Shown here one piece after another: positions 36,206 through 46,006 of a stretch of DNA of 64,000 nucleotides. Under the pieces are notes generated by a model. It was not told the DNA's origin. It did not search any database and worked only from the letters and a program-made list of their open reading frames with translations. Positions within the stretch are counted from its first letter, which is position 1. The number at the start of each line of letters is the position of its first letter. A program made the translations under genes and the position numbers. The DNA lies in the IMG/VR virus record IMGVR_UViG_3300047476_001337, positions 10,296-74,295 of that record; one strand, 5' to 3'. The DNA is from a virus (lineage: Duplodnaviria; Heunggongvirae; Uroviricota; Caudoviricetes).

Positions 36206-37960
36206 TTATTTGTTTACCACAACCTGATATACTATTTGGTTGTTTCCACCTTGTATGTGGAAGAAATACAATCCACTATTCAAATCAGACAAGTTTACAT
36301 TTACAAAGTTATTACCTGAGATAACATTCATTGTTGTTACCTTTCTTACCATTCTACCATTCAAATCTGTAATATACACATCAGCATTAAATCCTTTTGT
36401 CGATGTAAACTCAACGGTATATTCACCATTTGTTGGGTTAGGGTAAGAATTAACTGAAGTGATTTTACCTACTGATTTAACATGTAACACACCATATTGA
36501 CCTAAAACACCATATTCAAAGTTTGATGGGTAGTTTGTTGTTGGTCTAAAATCAGGTTGATTAAAGTCGTTTGTATTGACCAATATGCCTGGGTTGAAAG
36601 TGTTGGTATCAATAAAATTGTTGTTGATTGAATTACGAACCCAACTATCCAATAGATTTACATTACCACCTGAACTTACCTCAACCAAACCTGTATTAGT
36701 TGGTCCAACAGGTGCTGATGCTTTTACACCATAAATGTAATTGTTTCTGAACAAGTTGTTTTTATCTGAAATTATATTTGATTTAACACCTGAATTAATC
36801 AATACAGAATCACCATCAAACATTACGAAGTTTCTGTAACCCATAAAGATTGAGTTGATGATACTCAAACGAGAGTTTCTACGAATTCTTACTCCACGTC
36901 TAAATGCTCCCTTTTGTGTTGTAGTTAATTGAGACCATGTCATACCAGCAGGTACTGGACCAACACAAGTCATATTTGAGAATACTGCGGATGTCAATGG
37001 TAATCTACCTGAACCTGATGCGTCATTGTCCGATTCAAATGTTTCAGAAGTTGATGCCCCTGATGGTGCATTCCAAGACATATCATATAGTTGTGAATCC
37101 TTAAATGCAATACCAAATTGAACCGCGCCTCTGTATCCAAAGTCTGTATCAAAATCGTCATCAGTAGTTTTGAATGAGATTAGATGTTTACAGTTAACAG
37201 TACCACCAAACCATTCATACGAATCATCACCTGAGTATGAAACTTGAACATGGTCAACTGTAGTATTTCTTCCAACCGAAGCAAATGTTAATCCATTAAT
37301 TTCTTTGTTGGGTTCAAACGCCAAACCACAAAATTCAATCCTTGTATATCTGATTAGACCACTATTATCATCATCGTTGATTCCACCATGCTTTGCTAGT
37401 GTTGAGTTTGTTGAAATGTTATTAAATCCTTCAACTTGAATGTCAGTACCTTGGTTATTTCTTGCCTTACCACAGATAACGATTCCACCCCAATCACCTC
37501 TACCTTTATATCCAATATCCTTTGCCGATGTAAACACAACAGGACTATTTGAAGTTCCTTCACATGAAATATAACCACCTCTTTCAACTATAATTGTTGC
37601 ATATTGTTTTGGTGTCATACTCAAATTCGCAATACCTCTGATTATAGTTCCAGCAGGGATAATCAATTTACCACCGTCTCTAACAACAACAATACTTCTT
37701 AATACGTAAGTACGTTTTGCAACCAAAGTTACAGTTCCAGTAATTTCAACAATACCTGTTGGACTATTGAAAGCCGTAGTGTCCCATCCATAATCCGCAG
37801 CCCAATAAATGCTTTTAGGGTTCCAATGTGTCCATCCACTGGTCCAATCTTTTGATTTGTCAGCCGATAAGGCTCCAACGTAATCAACTTTCTCAAAGAA
37901 TTGAGCATGTCCTGTAATACACAACAAGACCGATAATAATGTAAAAATTATTTTTTTCAT
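36206..37960 (-). CDS. secreted beta-helix-like protein (584 aa) with a T9SS type-A C-terminal sorting domain (Por_Secre_tail)
   Basis: Signal peptide MKKIIFTLLSVLLCITGHAQ. The C-terminal ~80 aa (SYPNPTNGEYTVEF...ADVYITDLNGRMVRKV...LSDLNSGLYFFHIQGGNNQIVYQVVVNK) match the type-A T9SS CTD. Gly/Asn/Asp/Thr-rich repeats in the middle suggest a parallel beta-helix, which would fit a depolymerase or lyase. Confidence 0.8.
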   Translation of the reverse strand: MKKIIFTLLSVLLCITGHAQFFEKVDYVGALSADKSKDWTSGWTHWNPKSIYWAADYGWDTTAFNSPTGIVEITGTVTLVAKRTYVLRSIVVVRDGGKLIIPAGTIIRGIANLSMTPKQYATIIVERGGYISCEGTSNSPVVFTSAKDIGYKGRGDWGGIVICGKARNNQGTDIQVEGFNNISTNSTLAKHGGINDDDNSGLIRYTRIEFCGLAFEPNKEINGLTFASVGRNTTVDHVQVSYSGDDSYEWFGGTVNCKHLISFKTTDDDFDTDFGYRGAVQFGIAFKDSQLYDMSWNAPSGASTSETFESDNDASGSGRLPLTSAVFSNMTCVGPVPAGMTWSQLTTTQKGAFRRGVRIRRNSRLSIINSIFMGYRNFVMFDGDSVLINSGVKSNIISDKNNLFRNNYIYGVKASAPVGPTNTGLVEVSSGGNVNLLDSWVRNSINNNFIDTNTFNPGILVNTNDFNQPDFRPTTNYPSNFEYGVLGQYGVLHVKSVGKITSVNSYPNPTNGEYTVEFTSTKGFNADVYITDLNGRMVRKVTTMNVISGNNFVNVNLSDLNSGLYFFHIQGGNNQIVYQVVVNK

Positions 37961-38036
37961 ATTTTTTATTTTGTTCCCAATAAGTAGTAAATTTTATTCA
38001 GATGGTTGTTAATTCAATATTAATAATATGTTAAGG

Positions 38037-38494
38037 TTAAAACCAACTTGGTGTATCTCTCATTTTCCAATTGGCAAATCCACTTTTGGCACCACGATAG
38101 TAGTTCCTGTAAGATTCAACAACACTCTTAACTTTATATTCTTCAGGCATTGCCTTTGCCGGTTCAGTAAATCCTTTGTCAGGAATATTAGGTCTATTAC
38201 TAATACACCACAAAATAACTTGTTCTGATTTGTGACGTTTACCATAACGGTATGTGTATTCATTACACAACTCCAAACCCAACTCACAAAGGTATAGATA
38301 GTTAGACAAACTCTCACGAGTCCAAATAGCACATGGGTGATTTTTGTGTGATAACTTATAAGGAATGTCAGGATTAGGGTCAGGTAATACATGATGAACC
38401 CCACACAATAGTTGCGCTGTCTCCAATATCATTTTTACTACATGTTTGTCAACATGATACTGAGCACATTTTTTAACATCATTATCCAATATGA
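38037..38494 (-). CDS. hypothetical protein (152 aa; start MNIFILDNDVKK after the TATCTTTG box)
   Basis: -7 box at 38499..38506. The conserved-looking AQYHVDKHVVKMILETAQLL segment is unclassified. Confidence 0.55.
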
Positions 38495-38530
38495 AAATAT
38501 TCATACTACAAAGATAATAAAAAAATTGAA

Positions 38531-38804
38531 TTATACTAACTGTACATGAAATTGATGTACAAACAAACCATTTTGGTCCCATGTATATGTCGCTATTACG
38601 TTTGTACTAAAAATCATTTTACACATGTGTGACACCTTATAATAAAGACCATCACCATCTTCATCAACAAAGTCAAGAACTAATTCGATTGAATAAATAT
38701 TACCCTTAAGGTCCCTTTGCTCACTAATATTAGACCCAATCCTTCCTGCAAATTCAGGGTACTTCCTATTCCATGAGTTGAAAAATATATCTATGTTATT
38801 CATA
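38531..38804 (-). CDS. hypothetical protein (91 aa; trimmed)
   Basis: The track ORF 38531..38992 reads through a perfect terminator hairpin (38811..38828), so I placed the start at the Met directly downstream of it. Confidence 0.4.
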
Positions 38805-38810
38805 ATAAAA

Positions 38811-38828
38811 CCCCCACCGAAGTGGGGG
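38811..38828 (-). terminator. intrinsic terminator CCCCCACcgaaGTGGGGG (perfect 7-bp stem)
   Basis: Hairpin flanked by A- and T-runs. Confidence 0.5.
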
Positions 38829-39015
38829 TTGTGTGAGTGTCCGTGTGGCATTGAAAAGTTAAAAAGAGTTTTAAGGGTGTGTGTGTTGAACCATGTTGAC
38901 AAGTTGAATTCTGAGTCTTTTGAGTACGTATCAGTATCAATTATCGTTATCTTTTTTGTCGGAAAGTAGATATTATCTACCATTCTCAACACCCACTGAC
39001 GACAAACACAAGGTT

Positions 39016-39450
39016 TTATATCTGAGTGGTTGCGTTGTGCGTATCCAACTCAGTCTGAAGATTATCAATCAACGTTTCGTATTTTTCTACTAAAGCATCT
39101 CTTTCAACCTCAGTAATTACAGTTGTCATTTGACGAGTCGTACTATCACCATAACGACTAGTTACAATAGTACCTTGACTACAATTCAAAGTTTTCAAGT
39201 ATTTCACTAAAGATTTATACTCAGACATACGGAAAATCTTATCGTATACCTCAGAGTTTGCCATGTGCATTTTTGTTTTAAGGTTAACCAAATCGTCAAC
39301 CATTTGTAAGGCTTGTTCCAAACTTTCTTTTGGGTCATAAGAACGAACAGCTCCCTCATCCATTGAGTTGTTTCTATTTGTTCTATCCATCAAATCAGTT
39401 ACTTTCTTCGCCAATTTGTTTTTCTCTTTAAGTGCTTGTTTAATGTTCAT
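39016..39450 (-). CDS. hypothetical coiled-coil protein (144 aa)
   Basis: ORF rich in Lys/Glu/Leu heptad-like sequence. Confidence 0.5.
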   Translation of the reverse strand: MNIKQALKEKNKLAKKVTDLMDRTNRNNSMDEGAVRSYDPKESLEQALQMVDDLVNLKTKMHMANSEVYDKIFRMSEYKSLVKYLKTLNCSQGTIVTSRYGDSTTRQMTTVITEVERDALVEKYETLIDNLQTELDTHNATTQI

Positions 39451-39463
39451 ATGTTAAATTATA

Positions 39464-40069
39464 TTATATATTTTTTGTATTGTCAACTACCTCAGGGTAA
39501 TTTAATTCTATGCAGGACTTATCAAGCATTGCCTTCGCAATTTCGTAATAATGCAGATTAAATCCGTCAATATTACGTGGTGATGGTAATACATGAACAA
39601 AGTGATTTCTCTGATTATATAACATGTCAGAGTCATCATCAATGATAATGTAGTTATCAACTCCTGATTCATCCATTCTTTTTTGTTGTTCATCTTCAGA
39701 CCAGTTAATGTGTGTAAAACCCATCTCTTCAAGATAGAATTTAATTTCCATTCCTCTTGGAATACGAATTCCATTGGCTCTCATACTTGGAGTAATTCCA
39801 ATTATCTCACCACTCATTTTCTCCATCTCCCAAACTTTTTTCATGAATTCAATACCACTTTGTCTCCAAGTTGAACTAATCACAATCTTAGCTCCTGTCT
39901 CATCAATCAACTTATTAAGGAGTTCTTTACTGCGAACACAGAATCTTTGGTAGTGGTCTTTACGACCATCTTCCCAAACCCATTCCTGATACTGGCACTC
40001 ACCATTACGGTAAGCACTTTCACAGTTTAGAACCCCATCAATATCTAAAAAAATAATTTTCATTACCAA
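39464..40069 (-). CDS. HAD-superfamily phosphatase, PNK 3'-phosphatase-like
   Basis: Motif I IIFLDIDGVLN, motif II VISSTW, and IIIDDDSD correspond to the T4 Pnk phosphatase motifs DVDGTL...SGR...DDR. Confidence 0.6.
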   Translation of the reverse strand: MVMKIIFLDIDGVLNCESAYRNGECQYQEWVWEDGRKDHYQRFCVRSKELLNKLIDETGAKIVISSTWRQSGIEFMKKVWEMEKMSGEIIGITPSMRANGIRIPRGMEIKFYLEEMGFTHINWSEDEQQKRMDESGVDNYIIIDDDSDMLYNQRNHFVHVLPSPRNIDGFNLHYYEIAKAMLDKSCIELNYPEVVDNTKNI

Positions 40070-40308
40070 CTATCAATATCTGTGAAATCTTTTTCTATTT
40101 TAGCAATATGACTATAAACTCTTATCCCTGTACCAATACCATTTGGTGTGAACGTAAAGTCAAATAAACCATATTCACCATAAATCTTTTTGATGGCATC
40201 TTGCCACTCTTTGATTTCGGTTTCTTCTTTTTCATTTAATTCAAATTTTGTAATCATATTAATCCTCTCTACATTTATAATACCAAACACTATCACTATA
40301 CTCCACAA
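40063..40308 (-). CDS. hypothetical protein (81 aa)
   Basis: ORF in the same-strand array. Confidence 0.45.
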   Translation of the reverse strand: MWSIVIVFGIINVERINMITKFELNEKEETEIKEWQDAIKKIYGEYGLFDFTFTPNGIGTGIRVYSHIAKIEKDFTDIDSW

Positions 40309-40645
40309 TGAAGAATAGATAACCTGGTGAATCAGATACGGGCATTACCAACAGATTACAAAGTTTACCTTCACTATCAGTACATCGGTAGCTGGTTCCA
40401 TTATCAGTCTTCTTGAGAAGACTTACCAAATGATACTCCTGAGTTGTTTGAGAAAAAACCGTTGCAGTTGTCTGTGTTATTTTAATCAGAACATTTACAG
40501 GTTTAGTTTCACCCCAAGAAATTTCAGCACCTTGTTCATATCTGAATCCAAGTGTGACAGTACTAGCTCTTAAAAATAAGTTGGATTGAGCATAAGAGCT
40601 AATACTAACCAACGCAAATAACAATATACTTAATAATTTTTTCAT
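40259..40645 (-). CDS. secreted protein with a signal peptide (128 aa)
   Basis: MKKLLSILLFALVSISSYAQ signal peptide. Confidence 0.5.
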   Translation of the reverse strand: MKKLLSILLFALVSISSYAQSNLFLRASTVTLGFRYEQGAEISWGETKPVNVLIKITQTTATVFSQTTQEYHLVSLLKKTDNGTSYRCTDSEGKLCNLLVMPVSDSPGYLFFIVEYSDSVWYYKCRED

Positions 40646-41049
40646 AGTTTTATTTCAAATCTATCCTTCATAACTTGTAACTTATCTTCAGGTACTCCGT
40701 GTTCGTTAACACCACCATGTCTGTTTTCCACGATGATACTGAATACACGGTAACCATATTGTTTTGCCAATTCATAATAAGCACCCATCTCCCACTCTTG
40801 AGTGAATGTATTCGATACAACAATGTCTGAGTTATCCAAACCACCAGTAACATGGTTGTTAATCATTGCCAGTTCAACCTCAGATTGACACCACTCGTGA
40901 GCCCTTCTTAACTTGGTTGGGTCAAATTTGTATTCACCATCAACCATAAAAAATCTATCAGTCTCAAAGTGAGAATCACCAAATTGTTTTGCCAAGGTGG
41001 ACTTACCTGCACCAGGAATTCCACGTAATAGATATAAATTCTTATTCAT
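40642..41049 (-). CDS. P-loop polynucleotide-kinase-like kinase (135 aa from MNKNLYLL)
   Basis: LLRGIPGAGKSTLAKQF and VVSNTFT resemble the T4 Pnk kinase motifs LTIGCPGSGKST and IISDTNL; I placed the start at the Met preceding the Walker A. Confidence 0.65.
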   Translation of the reverse strand: MNKNLYLLRGIPGAGKSTLAKQFGDSHFETDRFFMVDGEYKFDPTKLRRAHEWCQSEVELAMINNHVTGGLDNSDIVVSNTFTQEWEMGAYYELAKQYGYRVFSIIVENRHGGVNEHGVPEDKLQVMKDRFEIKL

Positions 41050-41311
41050 TGTCTTCTTCTTTTTCAGGGTTAAATTCTTCAAATATAGTATTTTCGTCCA
41101 TCTCTTTCCACCCACCTTCACCTTCTTTATAAGTGAATGCTAATGTTACGATACAACTTCTTAAACCGTCCATTTCTTTTTGAATGTAATCAGGGTCAAT
41201 AACAATTTGTGGGTCCCAACTAGCATCGGTAATTCTGCTATTTAGTTTTTCTGTGAGGGAATTGTAGTTCCTTAACAACTGTCTCCTCAATCCGTCCATT
41301 GAAACTTCCAT
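41042..41311 (-). CDS. hypothetical acidic protein (89 aa)
   Basis: ORF in the same-strand array. Confidence 0.45.
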   Translation of the reverse strand: MEVSMDGLRRQLLRNYNSLTEKLNSRITDASWDPQIVIDPDYIQKEMDGLRSCIVTLAFTYKEGEGGWKEMDENTIFEEFNPEKEEDNE

Positions 41312-41478
41312 TATTCTTTCTCCTCATTTTCAATAGGGTCAGTCAAACCAGCCTTAATACAATCATGCATACCTTCTTCAAGGTCTTTGATTCTTTTTGC
41401 CATTGGTCTGTACCACTCAATATAGGTCAAAATCATACCAATCCAAGCACCGATTACGATATATAATAATTCCATTAT

Positions 41479-42129
41479 TTAGTCAATTCTTTTTTCATGG
41501 TGGTCTTTAGGAAGAGTCAATTTCGCAATTGGTCTGTTCTTCAATAAAGAAATGATTTCTTCAACATTCATTGGATATAGGTTGTTACCATCACATCCAA
41601 CGTCCATAGCACGTCCATCAGCAATTCTTAAATGAGGTGGTAAGTGAACGTGACCGTGTAAGTGCATTACATTTGCGTTCATACCATCCCAAGAACAGAT
41701 TGGGTAATGCATACATACAAAAGTATATTTACGTACTTCTTTTCCATTAGGAATACGTAAATCAAGATGGATATAATCACTACAACTAGTAAACATGTCT
41801 TGAATATCACCTTTATTTCTACGAATGTGGTGGTCGTGGTTTCCGTGAACCAAGTGAATGTTCTTACAGATGATTCTGTTTCTGAACTCTTGAATGTTTT
41901 CAAATCCACCAAAACTGAAATCACCTAAGTGAATCAAAATATCATTCTCACCAACGGTCTCATTGATTCTATTAACCAATGTGTCATTCATATGTTCAAG
42001 TGATTTGAAATCTCTTGTAACGGAATCAGCATCAGTCCACTTTGTGGTTGCTCTACAAATATTACTGTGCCCGTAGTGAGTATCACTTGTGAAATATAAA
42101 CGTTGTCCTTTTTCTAATACGATTTTCAT
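41479..42129 (-). CDS. calcineurin-like metallophosphoesterase
   Basis: Motifs SDTHYGH, HLGDF, GNHD, HGHVH. Confidence 0.8.
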   Translation of the reverse strand: MKIVLEKGQRLYFTSDTHYGHSNICRATTKWTDADSVTRDFKSLEHMNDTLVNRINETVGENDILIHLGDFSFGGFENIQEFRNRIICKNIHLVHGNHDHHIRRNKGDIQDMFTSCSDYIHLDLRIPNGKEVRKYTFVCMHYPICSWDGMNANVMHLHGHVHLPPHLRIADGRAMDVGCDGNNLYPMNVEEIISLLKNRPIAKLTLPKDHHEKRID

Positions 42130-42131
42130 AA

Positions 42132-42225
42132 CTTATTTATGTTGTAGGTAAAATGAAAATACAATAACTATAATGAAATAACCGAACCAAAAAAACATCG
42201 GTATCATTTTTTTCTGTATTTTCAT
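42132..42225 (-). CDS. small hydrophobic peptide (30 aa, MKIQKKMIPMFFWFGYFIIVIVFSFYLQHK)
   Basis: Hand-translated; preceded by a -7 box TATCTTTG (42229..42236) and a terminator. Confidence 0.35.
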
Positions 42226-42246
42226 ACCACAAAGATAAACAAAAAA

Positions 42247-42268
42247 CCCGAGACTTCAAAATCTCGGG
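42247..42268 (-). terminator. intrinsic terminator CCCGAGActtcaaaaTCTCGGG after the nadV stop
   Basis: Perfect 7-bp stem flanked by A- and T-runs; a sister hairpin lies at 46839..46860. Confidence 0.6.
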
Positions 42269-42275
42269 TCATTTT

Positions 42276-43805
42276 TTATTTCAATAGAGACCTAATCTGT
42301 GTCAGTGTCGTTTCATTATGAAACTCTCCGTTGAAGTATATTGTTCTTAGTTCTCCAGAATTTTCCGTTTTCCAATCACAATGGTCAATCAACTCATAGG
42401 TACCATCGTTTTCGTTTTCAAAAACCGCCAACAAACCAGTTGCGGATTTTTTAGTTCCATCATCAGTAATTGGGTCTTTGAAGATTTCTCTACCAACAAT
42501 TTTAGTGTTTAATCCTTGGTCAATCATATCACCGTATACAGGTTCTTGAAGTTCTACATAAGTTGCTTTCATTGCGAAACCAAATGTGTCACGGGTATTG
42601 TATTGGTATGTGAATGAACCGATACCTAATACTACGTTTGTAGATGCGAAACCTTTAGCTTCTAAACGTCTACAAATCTCATCCGCCCTTTCAATAGTGA
42701 TTGAGTCACCATAGATTGCTCCTATGTGTGGGTCAAGAACTTTGTAACCTTGTTCGTTAATTGTTCCACCAAATACATCCCATAGTAATTCGATTACACC
42801 TTTTTCTCTTACTTTATATGACTTATGGTAATCTTCACCTGTACTACTATCATAAGCTTTCAAGGTACCACAAAGAATATCTACTGGGTCACCTGAATCA
42901 GGACGAATAACCAATTTACCATCACGAGCCAAAATCTCGTCTTTCAATGTAACCACGTGCTCGGTACATACTTTCCATAAGTCCCAAGTGTCCGATACAA
43001 CTGAAAGAATACCTTTAGGATATGTATTCAACAATCTACGGAATGTTTCAACTTCATCTTCTTTGGTTCCCGCACACATTACAGAGTGTTCTGTTGCCGG
43101 TACTGAACCACAAACAAACTCAGTTTCACCATAGTATTTACGTGCTCCATAGATAGTTGGTAATGAATCTGAACCGAAGAATGAAGTTAAGTGACCAAGA
43201 CCTGAACTGATGGTTGCTTCCGCCGAATCCATACCTCTCATTGAGAAGTCGTGTCCTTGCCAATCAATGAACCAAGCATTTTCTTTATCGGTTTTTTCCA
43301 TCCACTTAGTCAATACCTTACGATATTGGTTAGCAATGGTTGCTGATGTCATTGGTTTCCACATTAAGTTAGACAAAAGGGTTTCCAAATAGTTGGTCAA
43401 CCAATAGAAATCAGGATGTGTATTGTAGATAGTCAACACAGGTACCTTAATTGGAACTTTCTTACCTTCAGTAATACTTTTTACAATGATTGGTAGGTAA
43501 CCCAAGTCATGTAATTTTTCAATGTGTGTTACATCATAATCAGTTCCCAAGTACATGGACAACTCACGTTTAACTTCACCACAAACCACGTCTTTTGGTT
43601 GATAGAAAAACCCTTCTTGGAACATTTCATGGATTTGTTTCATAACCATTTGACTTCCAAAGACAACAACTTGGTCACACCCTTTTGGTGCGTACTTGTT
43701 ACTTCTTGGTGTGAAGTTGGAATACACTAAGGTAGTTCCTTCAGGGTATTGTTGGTGATGGCCAGTCTTGTAGCCATCTGTCAATAAAAATGGATTTATT
43801 TTCAT
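42276..43805 (-). CDS. nadV: nicotinamide phosphoribosyltransferase (NadV/NAMPT)
   Basis: MKINPFLLTDGYKTGHHQQYP..., 509 aa, typical NAMPT length and N-terminal signature. Confidence 0.85.
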   Translation of the reverse strand: MKINPFLLTDGYKTGHHQQYPEGTTLVYSNFTPRSNKYAPKGCDQVVVFGSQMVMKQIHEMFQEGFFYQPKDVVCGEVKRELSMYLGTDYDVTHIEKLHDLGYLPIIVKSITEGKKVPIKVPVLTIYNTHPDFYWLTNYLETLLSNLMWKPMTSATIANQYRKVLTKWMEKTDKENAWFIDWQGHDFSMRGMDSAEATISSGLGHLTSFFGSDSLPTIYGARKYYGETEFVCGSVPATEHSVMCAGTKEDEVETFRRLLNTYPKGILSVVSDTWDLWKVCTEHVVTLKDEILARDGKLVIRPDSGDPVDILCGTLKAYDSSTGEDYHKSYKVREKGVIELLWDVFGGTINEQGYKVLDPHIGAIYGDSITIERADEICRRLEAKGFASTNVVLGIGSFTYQYNTRDTFGFAMKATYVELQEPVYGDMIDQGLNTKIVGREIFKDPITDDGTKKSATGLLAVFENENDGTYELIDHCDWKTENSGELRTIYFNGEFHNETTLTQIRSLLK

Positions 43806-43834
43806 ATATTGTTTTTATTTATTTTTTTCTTTTT

Positions 43835-44155
43835 TTACCAAGAATATCTTACGTATTCTATTTTATAGATATCCCACACTCGATATACTGCCTCAACAAA
43901 TTCACGAACCCACTCTCCGTTTTTCTCTATCAAATATTCAAGTTTAATTTCTAACCTTTCACCTAAATCATTACTAACAATTGTGTCATTTCTAACCTCA
44001 TCAAAATATTCAAGCCATATATGCCACAAGTCTTTATAATCACCTCCAATTAGTTTATGATAATCCCTGAAGTATTTTTTATCGATACCCATTTCTTTAC
44101 AGATTTCTGTTTGGATATCATCCCACTCATAGTAAGCAATTACATTCTCTTTCAT
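43835..44155 (-). CDS. hypothetical protein (106 aa)
   Basis: ORF between nadV and the membrane protein. Confidence 0.5.
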   Translation of the reverse strand: MKENVIAYYEWDDIQTEICKEMGIDKKYFRDYHKLIGGDYKDLWHIWLEYFDEVRNDTIVSNDLGERLEIKLEYLIEKNGEWVREFVEAVYRVWDIYKIEYVRYSW

Positions 44156-44159
44156 TTTT

Positions 44160-44579
44160 TTATTTTGTTAAAAAATAATAGGTTCCAAATAATTGAATAT
44201 AGTGTAACACTTGGTCAAATCCAATAACAGTAAATGCTCCAAGATTTGGAATTGGTGAACCGTATTCATTGTTAGCAAATTTACGACTTACAATTTTACT
44301 GGTCAAATAATCTGTCGCTGTGTGGAAAACAAAAGTTATTACAGGAAATAATATCATCCATTCAGACCATCCAAGGTCTTCAATCGTAGGTCCTCCAAAA
44401 TGATTTCCCCATATTGAAATTCCTGACATTACTAATAACCAAATAAGGGAATATGTTGCCGTGTGTTTTACAAGAGCCTTAAAACTCTTACTTTTGTTTA
44501 CCGCCCATTCTTCCGCTTGGAAGATAAAATCCGCAACCCAATGGATGAAGATAATTGATAAAATTACTGTTAGTATCAT
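44160..44579 (-). CDS. DUF3307-like polytopic membrane protein (HxxxDFxxQ motif)
   Basis: HWVADFIFQAEEWAVNKSKS followed by several TM segments and further His residues. Confidence 0.5.
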   Translation of the reverse strand: MILTVILSIIFIHWVADFIFQAEEWAVNKSKSFKALVKHTATYSLIWLLVMSGISIWGNHFGGPTIEDLGWSEWMILFPVITFVFHTATDYLTSKIVSRKFANNEYGSPIPNLGAFTVIGFDQVLHYIQLFGTYYFLTK

Positions 44580-44580
44580 A

Positions 44581-45054
44581 TTATTTTATTTTATTTTTAA
44601 CAAGATTTAACGCCTGTCCTAATAAATTAAGACCCAACCAATACGAAGGGTCTTCAATACCTTCAGCATTTTCTTCAAGACCTATTCCCCAAATGTTATC
44701 AAGTGGAGATGCCTCAACAAAGATTCTATCTCCTGTACTTAACATTGATGCCATTAAGTCTGAGTTTTGGGTAAACTTTGCCAAGTTTCCCTCATATACA
44801 ATTGCCAAACAATTTTTTTCCCAAACGGATTTGTCAAAGTTCTTAATCATTCGACCATACTTCTTTTGTTCTCTTGGGTTCGACTCTTTCATAATCAACT
44901 CAGCAATTTCAATGTCTTCAAATAACAATGCCTTTTGATGCATCATATATTGTTCACATGAATTGTATTCGACCTTGTCGATTACCATTGGTGCTTTGTG
45001 CCATTGGGAATAAATTCCATTCCAAAAGAACACGTAGTTATCTGTTATTTTCAT
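44581..45054 (-). CDS. NADAR-domain protein (YbiA-like)
   Basis: YVFFWNGIYSQW...EQYMMHQKALLF...FDKSVWE...AKFTQNSDL...LLSTGD...VEASPLDNIWGIGL...NLLGQAL matches the NADAR consensus throughout. Confidence 0.8.
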   Translation of the reverse strand: MKITDNYVFFWNGIYSQWHKAPMVIDKVEYNSCEQYMMHQKALLFEDIEIAELIMKESNPREQKKYGRMIKNFDKSVWEKNCLAIVYEGNLAKFTQNSDLMASMLSTGDRIFVEASPLDNIWGIGLEENAEGIEDPSYWLGLNLLGQALNLVKNKIK

Positions 45055-45055
45055 A

Positions 45056-46003
45056 TTAAAATACGTTAAGTTGTTTTACTAATTTGTGGATTGATTTGTG
45101 TTTTGAAAAGGTATTTACGATAATCCCGTCTTGGATATCTTTAACACTATTTGTTGTATAGATGCCTGAGATATAATCCGCCAATCCTTCAAAACCATAA
45201 CTAAAAATTCCGTGTGTTACAACAAGGTAAATCTCACCAATAAATTTTTTATCCGATTTAATTGCTTTAGCAACTTCAATAAAAGTTCTTCCACCATCAC
45301 AAATATCATCAATGATGAAGATGTCTTTATCACAATAATCAGTGATATTCAAAGGAACATTGGTTCTTTCAATCTGACCCGTTATAGGGTTTCTATATTT
45401 TGTCGCCACAATAACATCAGACTTATACCCAATGTGTTGAGCCACACCATAAATCTTTTTCAATGCACCTGCGTCAGGTGAAACAAGTAATATATTATCA
45501 ACATTCTCTTGTTTCCATGTTTTATGACCTTTTGAAATAAAATAATCTCTGAAAGTAAAGTTGAGTAATTCTCCAGTACCTATCTTACTGAAGTTGTTGA
45601 TACAAGCCTCAAGTACATCACTATGTGGGTCCATAATTTCAACCTCTTCATAACCTTGTAGATTTATGATAGGTGCAATAACATCCTTAATGTAGTTGAT
45701 ACTACCTTTCATGAATTTACGGTCACTTCTTCCACCTAAACAATAAGGAATATAAAGACGAATTCGTTTGATACCAATATTCTTTAATGCTTGTGTAGCA
45801 CAAAGAATAATCTCCAAATCTTCAAAACTATTCAATCTTGATTTAATTGTTATACCATGTTCTTGAGAATACTCTCTCAATGACTCAAAGGTATTGTCTT
45901 CATCTTCAATCAAATTGAATGAATGTTGACCATCGGGGAAATGACTAATCTCATATTTGAATGAGAACATGTCGTTTGGGTTAACTAAATTTATAAAGTC
46001 CAT
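45056..46003 (-). CDS. prs: ribose-phosphate pyrophosphokinase (PRPP synthetase)
   Basis: RIRLYIPYCLGGRSDRK resembles the Prs signature IPYFGYARQDR; the PRPP-binding loop DIFIIDDICDGGRTFIEVAKAI resembles VLVDDMIDTGGT. Confidence 0.8.
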   Translation of the reverse strand: MDFINLVNPNDMFSFKYEISHFPDGQHSFNLIEDEDNTFESLREYSQEHGITIKSRLNSFEDLEIILCATQALKNIGIKRIRLYIPYCLGGRSDRKFMKGSINYIKDVIAPIINLQGYEEVEIMDPHSDVLEACINNFSKIGTGELLNFTFRDYFISKGHKTWKQENVDNILLVSPDAGALKKIYGVAQHIGYKSDVIVATKYRNPITGQIERTNVPLNITDYCDKDIFIIDDICDGGRTFIEVAKAIKSDKKFIGEIYLVVTHGIFSYGFEGLADYISGIYTTNSVKDIQDGIIVNTFSKHKSIHKLVKQLNVF

Positions 46004-46006
46004 ATC

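Noticed and set aside
3273-38582. Apparent conserved N-terminal peptide ...Y(L/I)CGME... at the start of several track ORFs (3273..3581, 5321..5527, 9465.., 12882..13184, 17309..17866, 38037..38582)
   Set aside because: It is the in-frame translation of the promoter cassette TATCTTTGTGGTATGG, so the real starts are the ATG that follows the -7 box. These N-termini are treated as artefacts of ORF extension.
38531-38992. 153-aa track ORF
   Set aside because: It reads straight through a perfect 7-bp-stem terminator hairpin (38811..38828), so it was trimmed to the Met downstream of the hairpin.
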